A DNA stretch of 64,000 nucleotides from Gaiellales bacterium. GTDB taxonomy: Bacteria > Actinomycetota > Thermoleophilia > Gaiellales > JAICJC01. This document shows positions 53,920 to 63,139 of the stretch, in pieces. The position numbers and the translations under genes are program-made. The notes under the pieces were generated by a model. The model searched no databases. It had not been told where the DNA came from and worked only from the letters and a program-made list of their open reading frames with translations. The stretch covers positions 1,232-65,231 of the forward strand of contig JBBQUW010000013.1 in NCBI GenBank assembly GCA_038212095.1, read 5' to 3'. Position 1 is the stretch's first letter. Each line of letters begins with the position of its first letter.

Positions 53920-55362
53920 ATGAGGTGGACAGCAGTGATCATGACGTTCCTGGCGGCCGGCTGTTCCGGCCTTGGCCAGTCGGCCCCCTCGCTGCCCGAC
54001 AGCGGCTCGACGCTGGCTCGCACCTGGATCGACCCGCGCGGCAACGGTGTGCTCGCACCTGGCCCGGGCGAGCCGCTGTTGACGCGCACAGAGCTCGCGC
54101 CGCCGTCAAGGCTGCTGCGCCCGCTGGCCACGTTCGCCCAGATCACCGACGCGCACGTGACCGACGAGGAGTCACCGGCGCGGGTTGAGATGCTCGACCG
54201 GCTGGGCTCGCCGTTCACGTCCGCCTTCCGGCCGCAGGAGGCGCTTTCGCCGCAAGTGTTGACAGCGATCGTGCAGAGCGTCGATCACCTCCATCCACAG
54301 GCCGTGTTCGAGACCGGGGATCTGATCGACAACGCCCAGTACAACGAGATGACCCAGGCCGTCGCGATCCTGAACGGTGGGCGCGTCGATCCCAACAGCG
54401 GTGCCCCCGGGTACGCCGGCGTGCAGGTGCAGTCGAATGCCGATCCGTTGATCTACCGACCCGCCGTCGATGCCCCTCGCTACCCGCTGTTGCTGGCACA
54501 GGCTGAGCGGGCGTTCACCTCGCCCGGCCTCACCGCACCCTGGTACCCCCTCCCGGGAAACCACGACCTCGAGGTGCAGGGGAACGTGCCTGCCACACCG
54601 GCCACGAACGCGGTCGCCGTCGGCTCGCAGAAGCTGCTGACGGTCGACCGTGCCACGCTCAGCGGCGCTCGCGGATCGGTGGTCGACCAGCGGCTGGTGA
54701 ACCGGCTGCTGTCCCGCGGGCTGCCGGGAGCGAGCGAGTCCGTGCCCGCCGATCCGAGTCGACGCGAGCTCTCCCCCGGAGAGGCGGTGGCCGCCCTGCG
54801 CGCCGCCAGCGGCCACGGCGGCAGCGGCCCGCTGATGGACGATGTGGTCGACCTTGGGCCGTCGTTGCGGGCTCTGCTGGTGGACACCGCCGATCGCCGC
54901 GCCGGAGCACGCGGCGTGCTGCGACCGGCGCAGATCGGGTGGCTACGTCGGCAGCTGGTTGCAGCGGGCAGCCGCTGGCTGCTGATCTTCTCCTCGACGC
55001 CATTGACCGAGACGGCCGGCGCCGGTGGCGCGCTGCAGTTGCTGGCGGCCGACAAGCACGTGCTGGCGGTGATCGCCGGCGACGTGCATCGAAACCGCAT
55101 CGAGCCGGTGCACACCGCCGCCGGCGGGTACTGGGCTATCACGACCTCGTCCCTGGCCGACTATCCCCAGCAGGCACGGGCCTTCCGGGTCTGGAGCACG
55201 GCCTCGGGCGGCGTCGCTCTGCAGACCTGGATGCTCGACGCCGATCCCGGATCGCAGCTGGCGGCAACCGCTCGCCGCCTGGCGTGGCTCGACTACCAGG
55301 GCGGCCGGCCCAACCAGTGGGCCGGCACGCCGGCAGACCGCAACGTGACCCTGTTTCGCTGA
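53920..55362 (+). CDS. Lipoprotein metallophosphoesterase (calcineurin-like)
   Basis: Signal/lipobox MRWTAVIMTFLAAGC. Motifs QITDAHV, GDLIDN, PGNHD and AGDVHRN. Confidence 0.8.
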   Translation: MRWTAVIMTFLAAGCSGLGQSAPSLPDSGSTLARTWIDPRGNGVLAPGPGEPLLTRTELAPPSRLLRPLATFAQITDAHVTDEESPARVEMLDRLGSPFTSAFRPQEALSPQVLTAIVQSVDHLHPQAVFETGDLIDNAQYNEMTQAVAILNGGRVDPNSGAPGYAGVQVQSNADPLIYRPAVDAPRYPLLLAQAERAFTSPGLTAPWYPLPGNHDLEVQGNVPATPATNAVAVGSQKLLTVDRATLSGARGSVVDQRLVNRLLSRGLPGASESVPADPSRRELSPGEAVAALRAASGHGGSGPLMDDVVDLGPSLRALLVDTADRRAGARGVLRPAQIGWLRRQLVAAGSRWLLIFSSTPLTETAGAGGALQLLAADKHVLAVIAGDVHRNRIEPVHTAAGGYWAITTSSLADYPQQARAFRVWSTASGGVALQTWMLDADPGSQLAATARRLAWLDYQGGRPNQWAGTPADRNVTLFR

Positions 55363-55363
55363 G

Positions 55364-57640
55364 CTACCCATCGCGCAGCAGCCGGGTCACCGGCTCGGAC
55401 ATGATGCGGCGCGCCACCCAGGCTGACGCCCCCGCGGCGATCGCTCCCAGGCCGGCCAGCGAGACCAGCACTGCGGCCGTCCCGGCCCGCAGCGACACCG
55501 TCGCGTACGGCGCCGCCAGTTGGGCCGCCTGCGGTCCCAGCACCACTCGCTCCGCCACCACAGCTACCGGGGCCGCCAGCACCACCACCGTCGCGGCCAC
55601 GCCAAAGAACAGCAGAGCCACCTGTCGCCGGTCGGCGCCGCACGCTCGCAGCAGCCCGACCGTCGTGCGTCGCTCCAACGCTGTCAGCGCCAGCATCTGG
55701 GCGAGCACGTACAGACACACCAGCCCGTCGATGATCGCGACCGTGCGCAGCAGCGCCGCCACCACGCCCAGGAACTGCGCGTTTCGGCTGGTGACGCCTC
55801 CCACTGTCGATGGCCGGTTGCCGGTCAGGTTGAGCGCCGCCGTGACCGATGCCAGGTCAGCTCCATCCTTCAGCTTGATAACGGTCTGGCCACCGCGAAA
55901 CGTGCAGAACTCACGGTCAGGCCGGACGTACGCCATCCGGCCGTCGTTGTCCAGCGTGCGCACGATGCCAACCACCCGGAAGCGAGCCTCGTCGCCGTCC
56001 GAGAACTGCACGGCCAGCGTTGATCCCGGCACCAGTCCGAGCGCTGTCGCCAAGCCCTGGCCGACCTCGACCTCGCCCGGCCGCGTGGCTCGACGTCCGG
56101 CCGACAGCGGTGGATCCTCGAACGCCAGACGATTGCCGCAGTAGGCCACCAGGTTGAACGCCTCACCGAGCTGGAACGAGTCGACAACCGGCGTCGAGAA
56201 CCGTTGCGCGGCGTCGGCCACACCCGGCAGCCGCCGGATCCTGGGCAGTGCCCGCACCGAGCTGTGCGAGGTCAGCTGGTAGTTCTTGCCGATCGTGGTG
56301 GGGTCGTTCTCGAGCCGTTGCAGCGTCGTCGCCAGTGCCAGCAACAGCAGCACGACCGCCACCGAGCTGGCCACGACGATGGCGGTCGAGAAGGTGCGTA
56401 TCGGGCGGCGCAGCGCGATCCGTATCCCGAGGCCGACGGCACCACCGGGCAATCGCAGCGATCGCGATCCGGCCGGCAGCTCGGCGTCGCGTAGCATCGC
56501 CGCGGTGGGTCGCCGGCAGGCGCGCCACGTCGGCCACGCCGCCGCCGCCGTCACCAGTGCCACGATCGCGAGCAGGCTGAGCGCGAGCGGAAGCAGCAGC
56601 GTCGCCCCCCGGGGTAGCTGGTTGAGCGCTTCCAGCAGCCGAGCGCTGGCACCGTCCGCAGCCCACCAGCCGACAACCAGGCCAAGCGCGGCGGCCGGTA
56701 GGGCCACGGCCGCCGCCTCAACGCCGGCCGCCGCAGCTATCGCTCGCGGCGAGGCTCCGATCGCGCGCAGCAGGCCGATCGTCTCCAGCCGGCGCTGCAC
56801 CTCCGCTCGCGAGGACACGGCCACCATCACACCGGCCGCCGCCAGCGCTCCCAGTGACACCGCCACCAGCAGCGCGATCACGATCCCCGCCGCACCATCG
56901 ATCAGCACGCCCACGCCCTCTCGGGTCACGATCGTCAGACCATGCAGCCCGTAGCCGGCCGATCGCGCCTGTTCGAGCGTCACGTCCAACTGGGAGCGGT
57001 CGTTGACCCACAGCAGCGCGATATTGATCGACTTGGCGGTACCCGTTGTGTCAATCCGGCGCACCGTTCGGTAGGGCATCCAGATACGCGCGCCGGCGGC
57101 CAAGGGGTAGGCCACGTTATCGGGCGCCACCGCGACCCCGACGACGAGTGCGAGCACGGATCCGCCGTGGGCCGCGTCGCCGACCGTGATCCGCTCACCG
57201 GGCCGCAGATGCCACTGATCGGCCAGGCCGCGCTCGACCACAACCTCGTCAGGGCGGCCGGAGAGGTCGCGTCCCGCCACGATCGCGTACCCGTGTCGCA
57301 TTCCCACCGTCCCGAACAGGTCGCCGCTGGTGATCGGCACGCGGCCGGGCGCACGCACGTACTGCGATCGAAACTCCAGCTGGTACGACGCCGCCGCCAG
57401 GTTGGGCAACGAGCGCACCCGGCCCATCACCAGCGCGGCGTCGCGCGTGTCGAAGTGCACGATCACGTCGGGCATGCCGGCCGCGTCGGCGGATCGCGCG
57501 AACCCATCATGCAGGTTGAAGCTGACGGTCACGGCGGCGCCGGTCATGGCCGCCGCGGCGGCGATACCGAGCGCTGCCAGCAGTGCCCGCCCTCGCCGAC
57601 GGCGCAGCCGGGCGACCGCGCCCGCCAGCAGCGGCCTCAC
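55364..57640 (-). CDS. ABC transporter permease, double FtsX-domain (MacB/YbbP-like)
   Basis: 758 aa with two blocks of 4 TM helices separated by large extracytoplasmic regions. 4-nt overlap with the ATPase gene. Confidence 0.8.
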   Translation of the reverse strand: MRPLLAGAVARLRRRRGRALLAALGIAAAAAMTGAAVTVSFNLHDGFARSADAAGMPDVIVHFDTRDAALVMGRVRSLPNLAAASYQLEFRSQYVRAPGRVPITSGDLFGTVGMRHGYAIVAGRDLSGRPDEVVVERGLADQWHLRPGERITVGDAAHGGSVLALVVGVAVAPDNVAYPLAAGARIWMPYRTVRRIDTTGTAKSINIALLWVNDRSQLDVTLEQARSAGYGLHGLTIVTREGVGVLIDGAAGIVIALLVAVSLGALAAAGVMVAVSSRAEVQRRLETIGLLRAIGASPRAIAAAAGVEAAAVALPAAALGLVVGWWAADGASARLLEALNQLPRGATLLLPLALSLLAIVALVTAAAAWPTWRACRRPTAAMLRDAELPAGSRSLRLPGGAVGLGIRIALRRPIRTFSTAIVVASSVAVVLLLLALATTLQRLENDPTTIGKNYQLTSHSSVRALPRIRRLPGVADAAQRFSTPVVDSFQLGEAFNLVAYCGNRLAFEDPPLSAGRRATRPGEVEVGQGLATALGLVPGSTLAVQFSDGDEARFRVVGIVRTLDNDGRMAYVRPDREFCTFRGGQTVIKLKDGADLASVTAALNLTGNRPSTVGGVTSRNAQFLGVVAALLRTVAIIDGLVCLYVLAQMLALTALERRTTVGLLRACGADRRQVALLFFGVAATVVVLAAPVAVVAERVVLGPQAAQLAAPYATVSLRAGTAAVLVSLAGLGAIAAGASAWVARRIMSEPVTRLLRDG

Positions 57641-58308
57641 CCGATTAGCCGCCCGTCCCTGAGCGTGAGCACGCGATCGGCCAGAGCTGAGGCCTCGGCG
57701 TCGTGCGTGACCAGCAGCACCGCTTGGCCGGCGTCGGCGACCCCGCGCAGCAGCTGGAGCACCGCCAGTCCCGACTCCTCATCGAGGTTCCCGGTCGGCT
57801 CGTCGGCCAGCACCAGCAGGGGTTCGTTGACCAGCGACCGCGCCACCGCCAAGCGCTGCTGTTCGCCGCCCGACAGCACGCCCGGCAGGCGGGTCGCCGC
57901 ATCGCTCACCCCCAGCCGATCGATCAGCGCCCGGGCCCGCTCCCGCGCGATCGCACCGTCGCCGGCCAGCCGGGCCGGGAGCATCACGTTCTCCTCGCCC
58001 GTCAGCTCCGGCAACAGGTGGAAGAACTGGAACACGAACCCGACCGCGTGACGGCGAAGCTCGACCAGCTCTGCCGGTGACGCTCGATCCACTCGCACAC
58101 CGGCCACCTCGATCTCACCCTCATCGACCGGCTCCAATCCCCCCAGCAGATGCAGAAGCGTCGATTTGCCCGAGCCCGAACGACCGATCACCGCCGTCAA
58201 CGTCCCCGCGCCCAGCTCAAGGTCGACGCCGTTCAGCAGGGTGCGTCGCGCCGCGCCCGATCCGACGCTCTTTCGGACGCCTCGCAGTGTGGCCCCCAAA
58301 TTTGCCAT
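57637..58308 (-). CDS. ABC transporter ATP-binding protein (MacB/LolD type)
   Basis: Walker A GRSGSGKST, signature LSGGEQQR and Walker B LLVLADEPTGNLD. Confidence 0.9.
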   Translation of the reverse strand: MANLGATLRGVRKSVGSGAARRTLLNGVDLELGAGTLTAVIGRSGSGKSTLLHLLGGLEPVDEGEIEVAGVRVDRASPAELVELRRHAVGFVFQFFHLLPELTGEENVMLPARLAGDGAIARERARALIDRLGVSDAATRLPGVLSGGEQQRLAVARSLVNEPLLVLADEPTGNLDEESGLAVLQLLRGVADAGQAVLLVTHDAEASALADRVLTLRDGRLIG

Positions 58309-58455
58309 GGCTCATAGTAGGCGGGGTGGTCAGATCGATGTGTGTGCGCGTCCTGGGCGTACAGCGCGGCCATCGGGATGGGGCTGCGAGAAACCCGCAA
58401 CCAGTTCCGGCCGGTCACCGATGTCCAGCCGACTGCCGGCAGGGATAGTGCGAGG

Positions 58456-59115
58456 GTGAACATCGCAACGAGGAATGGCAAGCTGGTGAGGGCACGGCGC
58501 GGAAGGCAGGACGTGGCGATCCTGGTCGGGGTGGCGGCGGTCGTGTTCTCGGCGCTGTACATCGTCTCCGATCTGGTCGAGCTCGCCCAGGGTGGGTTCT
58601 CCACTCCACAGCTCGTGCTCACCTACGTGGCGGAGGCCGCGATCCCCCTGTTCGTGATCGGGCTGTACGCGGTGCAGCGGCCGCGCATCGGGCGGCTTGG
58701 CTTCTGGGGTGCCATCGGTTACTCGTACACCTTCATCTTCTACTCGAGCACCGTGGTGGTCGCTCTCGCGAACGGGACGCGCGACTGGGATGCGCTCGTT
58801 GCACAGTTCGGCCCCTGGGTGACCATTCACGGCGCCCTGATGCTGGTGGCGGGGTCGGCTTTCGGCGTCGCCGTGATCCGCGCCGGCGTGCTTCCGCGCT
58901 GGACGGGAGCTGCGCTGGTTGCCGGGGTCATCCTGGTGGGAATGTCCTCGACACTGCCCGCCATCGCGCAGGTCGCGTCGGCCGCGATTCGCGATCTCGC
59001 CTTCGCGGGCATGGGTGCCGCGCTGCTGCTACCCAGCCGCGAGGCGCGCCTGACGGTGCGGGCATCGACCGGCGCGATGGACGCTGGCGTGAGCGTGGGC
59101 ACAGTCGCGGTGTAG
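58456..59115 (+). CDS. Membrane protein, unknown function
   Basis: GTG 58456 inside track ORF 58342..59115. Six or so hydrophobic segments. Confidence 0.5.
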   Translation: MNIATRNGKLVRARRGRQDVAILVGVAAVVFSALYIVSDLVELAQGGFSTPQLVLTYVAEAAIPLFVIGLYAVQRPRIGRLGFWGAIGYSYTFIFYSSTVVVALANGTRDWDALVAQFGPWVTIHGALMLVAGSAFGVAVIRAGVLPRWTGAALVAGVILVGMSSTLPAIAQVASAAIRDLAFAGMGAALLLPSREARLTVRASTGAMDAGVSVGTVAV

Positions 59116-59143
59116 GCAGTTCGGCGTCGGAGGGGACGACAAC

Positions 59144-59797
59144 ATGGGTGGAACACACAGAGGGACAATCGGTCGGGTGGCCTTGGCGGCGGGCCTGGTG
59201 GCGGCGAGCTACCCGGTGCTGCTGCGGCAGCGCTGTCTGACGTGGGGGGCGACGCCCGATGAGATCGCTCGGGAGCTACCGGGAGACGAGCTGCTTGGCA
59301 CGGCCGACATCATCTCGACTCGCGCCGTCACCATCGACGCGCCGCCGAACGCGATCTGGCCATGGCTGGTTCAGATGGGCAGCGGCCGGGGAGGTGCCTA
59401 TAGCTACGACTGGATCGAGAATCTGTTCGGCCTCGCGATGCACAGTGCGGATGAGATCCTGCCGCAGTTCCAGAACGTGAAGCTGGGCGATGAGATGGAG
59501 CTGGGGCCGAAGGGCCCGAAGATGCGCGTGGAGGTGATCGAGGCGGAGCGCGTGTTCACGCTCCGCCTCGAGGATGGAAACTGGGTGTGGATCTTCGCAC
59601 TGTTCTCCGAGGCCGGGTCGACGCGGCTGCTGAGCCGAAACAGGATCGCGACACCTGACACCTCGCCGCTCACACGGCTGCTCTACCTGATGGTGATGGA
59701 GCCCGGCAGCCTCGTCATGGAGCGCAAGATGCTGCTCGGGATCAAGCAACGTGCCGAGCGCCTGGCAGTTCTGCGAGCGGCCGGGAGGGTCGGATGA
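59144..59797 (+). CDS. SRPBCC (START/polyketide-cyclase-like) family protein
   Basis: ISTRAVTIDAPPNAIWPWLVQMGSGRGGAYSYDWIENL is typical of this family. Confidence 0.7.
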   Translation: MGGTHRGTIGRVALAAGLVAASYPVLLRQRCLTWGATPDEIARELPGDELLGTADIISTRAVTIDAPPNAIWPWLVQMGSGRGGAYSYDWIENLFGLAMHSADEILPQFQNVKLGDEMELGPKGPKMRVEVIEAERVFTLRLEDGNWVWIFALFSEAGSTRLLSRNRIATPDTSPLTRLLYLMVMEPGSLVMERKMLLGIKQRAERLAVLRAAGRVG

Positions 59798-60441
59798 TGA
59801 GCCGCGCGGCTGATCGGCCGCTCCCGGCAGACGAGGGAGCGGCGGTGGATCTGTACTGGCTGCCGCTGGGAGCGGGCGGCCATTCTGTACGGTGGAACGG
59901 GCGCGCCTTCGAGGCGGTGGCGGCGCGGCTGAGGCGCCGGCCGGTGCGTGACCTCTACCACTCCGCGCTCGAGGTGCGGCTGCCGGCCGCAGGGCGCTTT
60001 GTGATCGAGCAGGCCGCGATCCCGGATGGCCACGGCGCGGACAGGGGTGTGGTCGCCGAAGGCCCGGTGGGCGCCCGCTGGGCTGGCCAGGCGCAGATCT
60101 TCCGCTACGAGGTGAGACGTTGGCGTGACGGAGTCATTCCGGATGTCGCGGAGGCCGTCGCCAGTCCATGCCGGCTGACCGATGATCCACGCATCGCGCA
60201 GCGGCTGTGGGATTGCGTGCCCGACCTTCCCATGCCGGTGTGGGGTCGGGACGAGCTCGACGCCGGCGAGATGTGGAACTCAAACTCGGTGGTCTCGTGG
60301 CTGCTCGTGCGGAGCGGTCTCCCGATCGAGGCGATCCTGCCGCCACTCGGCGGGCGCGCGCCGGGGTGGAACGCGGGGATCGTGGTCGCCCGGCGAGGGC
60401 TGCCGGCTTGCAGCCCGATGCCCGTGGGATTCGCGGCGTGA
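59794..60441 (+). CDS. Conserved hypothetical protein
   Basis: ATGA overlap at 59794-59797. Motifs DLYWLPLGAGGHSVRWNGRAFE and GEMWNSNSVVSWLL. Confidence 0.55.
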   Translation: MMSRAADRPLPADEGAAVDLYWLPLGAGGHSVRWNGRAFEAVAARLRRRPVRDLYHSALEVRLPAAGRFVIEQAAIPDGHGADRGVVAEGPVGARWAGQAQIFRYEVRRWRDGVIPDVAEAVASPCRLTDDPRIAQRLWDCVPDLPMPVWGRDELDAGEMWNSNSVVSWLLVRSGLPIEAILPPLGGRAPGWNAGIVVARRGLPACSPMPVGFAA

Positions 60442-61142
60442 CGGGCGGCGTCCTGAGCCGGGAACGGCATCTCAGTCACCGCACCGGTTGGCTGCGGGCA
60501 GCGGTGCTGGGCGCCGACGACGGCGTCATCTCGGTGGCGGCGATCATCGTCGGCGTCGCCGCTGCCGGCTCCAGCCGCTCCGCCATCCTCACGGCCGGTA
60601 TCGCCGGCCTGGTGGCCGGCGCCGCCTCGATGGCGGCCGGTGAGTACGTCTCGGTCAGCTCGCAGGCCGACTCGGAGCGTGCCGACCTCGCGCTGGAGCG
60701 TCGTGAGCTGGGCAGCGATCCGGAGGGCGAGCGCGCAGAGCTGGCCGCGATCTACCGCGAACGTGGCCTCTCGGATACGTTGGCCGAGCAGGTCGCGACC
60801 GAGCTGAGCGCGCGAGACGACGTGCTGGCGGTGCACGCTCGCGACGAGCTGGGGATGACCGCGCTGTCGCACGCCCGGCCGCTGCAGGCCGCTGGAGCCT
60901 CGTCCGCCGCCTTCACCGCAGGTGCTGCCTTGCCGCCGCTGGCGGTGGTGTTCGCCCCCGCCTCACTTCGGATCGAGGTGACGATGGCGGCCACTGCGCT
61001 GGCGCTCGCGCTGACCGGCTGGGCCGGGGCGTGGATGGGCGGCGCGCCTCCCGCCCGCGGAACGCTACGCGTGCTGGTCTGGGGAGTCGCGGCGATGGTG
61101 CTAACGATGCTCGTCGGCCGCGTCGTCGGTACCGCGGTATGA
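60438..61142 (+). CDS. VIT1/CCC1 family iron/manganese transporter
   Basis: GTGA overlap at 60438-60441. Motifs GWLRAAVLGADDGVISVAAIIVGVA and SMAAGEYVSVSSQ. Confidence 0.8.
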   Translation: MTGGVLSRERHLSHRTGWLRAAVLGADDGVISVAAIIVGVAAAGSSRSAILTAGIAGLVAGAASMAAGEYVSVSSQADSERADLALERRELGSDPEGERAELAAIYRERGLSDTLAEQVATELSARDDVLAVHARDELGMTALSHARPLQAAGASSAAFTAGAALPPLAVVFAPASLRIEVTMAATALALALTGWAGAWMGGAPPARGTLRVLVWGVAAMVLTMLVGRVVGTAV

Positions 61143-61475
61143 GCCGGCGTGGAGATCGGTGAAATGCTGTTTGCCGGGTCGATGTCTTCGCCGGGTCATC
61201 CACACACCGGTCCGTGCGAACATGAAGCCTCCCAGGGCGGTGCTACGCTTCCCGTGCCGGTCCAACCGAGGCGAAGATATGCCGCTCCTGTCCGAACCGG
61301 CTCGGGCTCGCTGGCCGCCCGCATCTGGCCAGCAGAACACTTCGACCAACGACGGACGGCAACCACGTGGATGCCGATGGCGCAACAGTGTCGGCTGGTT
61401 CCCAGTCAGTGCCCTGCGTATCGGTTACGGGCGTGATTCCAGGATCCCGGCGGCGGCCGACGAGGAGGAATCGTC

Positions 61476-62363
61476 ATGATCGCTGTCTATGCACTCATCG
61501 CAGTCGCGGTGGTGGCCTTGATCGGAGTTATCACATCGGTTCGGGTGCTCAAGCAGTACGAGCGGGGAGTCCAGTTTCGGCTTGGTCGGGTAAAGGATGG
61601 AGCGCGCGGCCCCGGCTTGATCATGATCGTGCCCTTGATCGATCGGGTGCATCGCGTGTCACTTCGGATCGTGACGATGCCGATCCAGTCGCAGGGAATC
61701 ATCACGAAGGACAACGTCTCGGTGGATGTGTCAGCGGTCGCGTACTTTCGGATCAAGGACGCCGTCAAATCAGTTGTTGCGATCGAAAACGTCTATGAAG
61801 CGATCAACCAGATCGCTCAGACAACGCTGCGAGCGGTCGTTGGCCGACATACGCTGGACGAGACGCTTTCAGAGACGGACACGATCAATCGAGACATACG
61901 CGAAATCCTTGATGTGCAGACGGAGGAGTGGGGCGTTCAGGTGACCGTGGTCGAACTGAAGGACATCCAGTTGCCTGAAACGATGAAGCGCGCGATGGCC
62001 CGCCAAGCCGAAGCCGAGCGGGAGAAGCGCGCGAAGATCATCGCTGCAGAGGGAGAAGCACTGGCCGCCGGCGAGCTCGCACACGCTTCAGACGTGATGA
62101 TGGCCCACCCGATCGCTCTGCAGCTGCGAAACCTGCAATCGCTGGTTGAGATCGGCGTCGACAAGAACACGACCGTCGTCTTCCCAGCGCCGCTGATGAG
62201 CACCATCCAAGAGCTGACCTCATTCTTGAGTCGCGAGAACGCCAGCGCAAGCAGCCCTCAAGCAGTCGTCCCTCCCAATGGCGAAGTGATCGCTCCAGAA
62301 ACCGGCGCCGCTAGCTGGCGAGGCCCGGTGGAGTACCGGGAAGCGGTCTCCATCATCAACTGA
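61476..62363 (+). CDS. SPFH/band-7 (stomatin-like) protein
   Basis: GAGGAGGAATCGTC precedes ATG 61476. N-terminal TM helix, then VLKQYERGVQFRLGR, ITKDNVSVDVSAVAYFRI and RQAEAEREKRAKII. Confidence 0.9.
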   Translation: MIAVYALIAVAVVALIGVITSVRVLKQYERGVQFRLGRVKDGARGPGLIMIVPLIDRVHRVSLRIVTMPIQSQGIITKDNVSVDVSAVAYFRIKDAVKSVVAIENVYEAINQIAQTTLRAVVGRHTLDETLSETDTINRDIREILDVQTEEWGVQVTVVELKDIQLPETMKRAMARQAEAEREKRAKIIAAEGEALAAGELAHASDVMMAHPIALQLRNLQSLVEIGVDKNTTVVFPAPLMSTIQELTSFLSRENASASSPQAVVPPNGEVIAPETGAASWRGPVEYREAVSIIN

Positions 62364-62456
62364 TGATCGGATGAAGGTGGGCGATCGGTCGCGGCGTCCG
62401 CGACCGATAGCGCGAGCGCACGGGAACTTTTGAATCTGAGCTCCTGTCTGATCTGC

Positions 62457-63053
62457 ATGACGCGGATCCCTGTTCTCAGAAGCGGAGCGCTGCTCGCCGG
62501 CGTTCTCCTCGTAGCAGCCTGCACGGCCGACCGGGCGACCCCGCCACCGAGCGCGCCGCCGCAGGAGCGTGTGGGCGTAACCTCGGCTGTCCGGGGAAGC
62601 ACGGTCAGCGCCGTCTACGCGGCGGTCATCCGGCAGCTCGTCACCGTGGATCACGGCTTTGGTGGCCAGCCATACCCCTACCGTCGGGTGTACGTGCTGA
62701 ATGGCGTGGTACCGAGCGCCGCAAACCCGATGCACCTGGTGGGGCGGCCCACCGCGCCCTTCGCACCGACAACCGTCGACGAGATCTCAGCAAATCTGCG
62801 TGCATTGCCGCCGGTATCGTTCGTCCGAAACCGCGGTCTCGTCATCACCGGTTCGGGGCCGGGGCATGTGATCCACGCAGGCGTGCTGATCACGCTCGGT
62901 CGAATCACTTGGCGAGATCCGCGCACCGCGGTCGTCGCGAACAATCGATGGGCGAGCGGACTCAACGGCCAATGGCTGCGCTACATCGTCCAGAGCCAGG
63001 ACGGCACGTGGCGCGTGATCGGGGTCGAGCGCGGCCCCGTAGCGATCTCCTGA
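62457..63053 (+). CDS. Lipoprotein, unknown function
   Basis: ATG 62457 inside track ORF 62430..63053. Signal/lipobox MTRIPVLRSGALLAGVLLVAAC. Confidence 0.55.
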   Translation: MTRIPVLRSGALLAGVLLVAACTADRATPPPSAPPQERVGVTSAVRGSTVSAVYAAVIRQLVTVDHGFGGQPYPYRRVYVLNGVVPSAANPMHLVGRPTAPFAPTTVDEISANLRALPPVSFVRNRGLVITGSGPGHVIHAGVLITLGRITWRDPRTAVVANNRWASGLNGQWLRYIVQSQDGTWRVIGVERGPVAIS

Positions 63054-63139
63054 CACGATCGAGCTGGTTGAGGCCAGGCGTTTGCTCCGCTGGCCGCGGG
63101 CGGAGCCGTGGCCCACGCTTGGCGTAGACTCGGCTGATT

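Noticed and set aside
61149-61479. Track ORFs 61149..61436 and 61159..61479 as coding (for example an NfeD partner of the SPFH gene)
   Set aside because: They have weak third-position G/C bias for this genome, no hydrophobic NfeD-like segments and no SD. They are treated as a non-coding leader.
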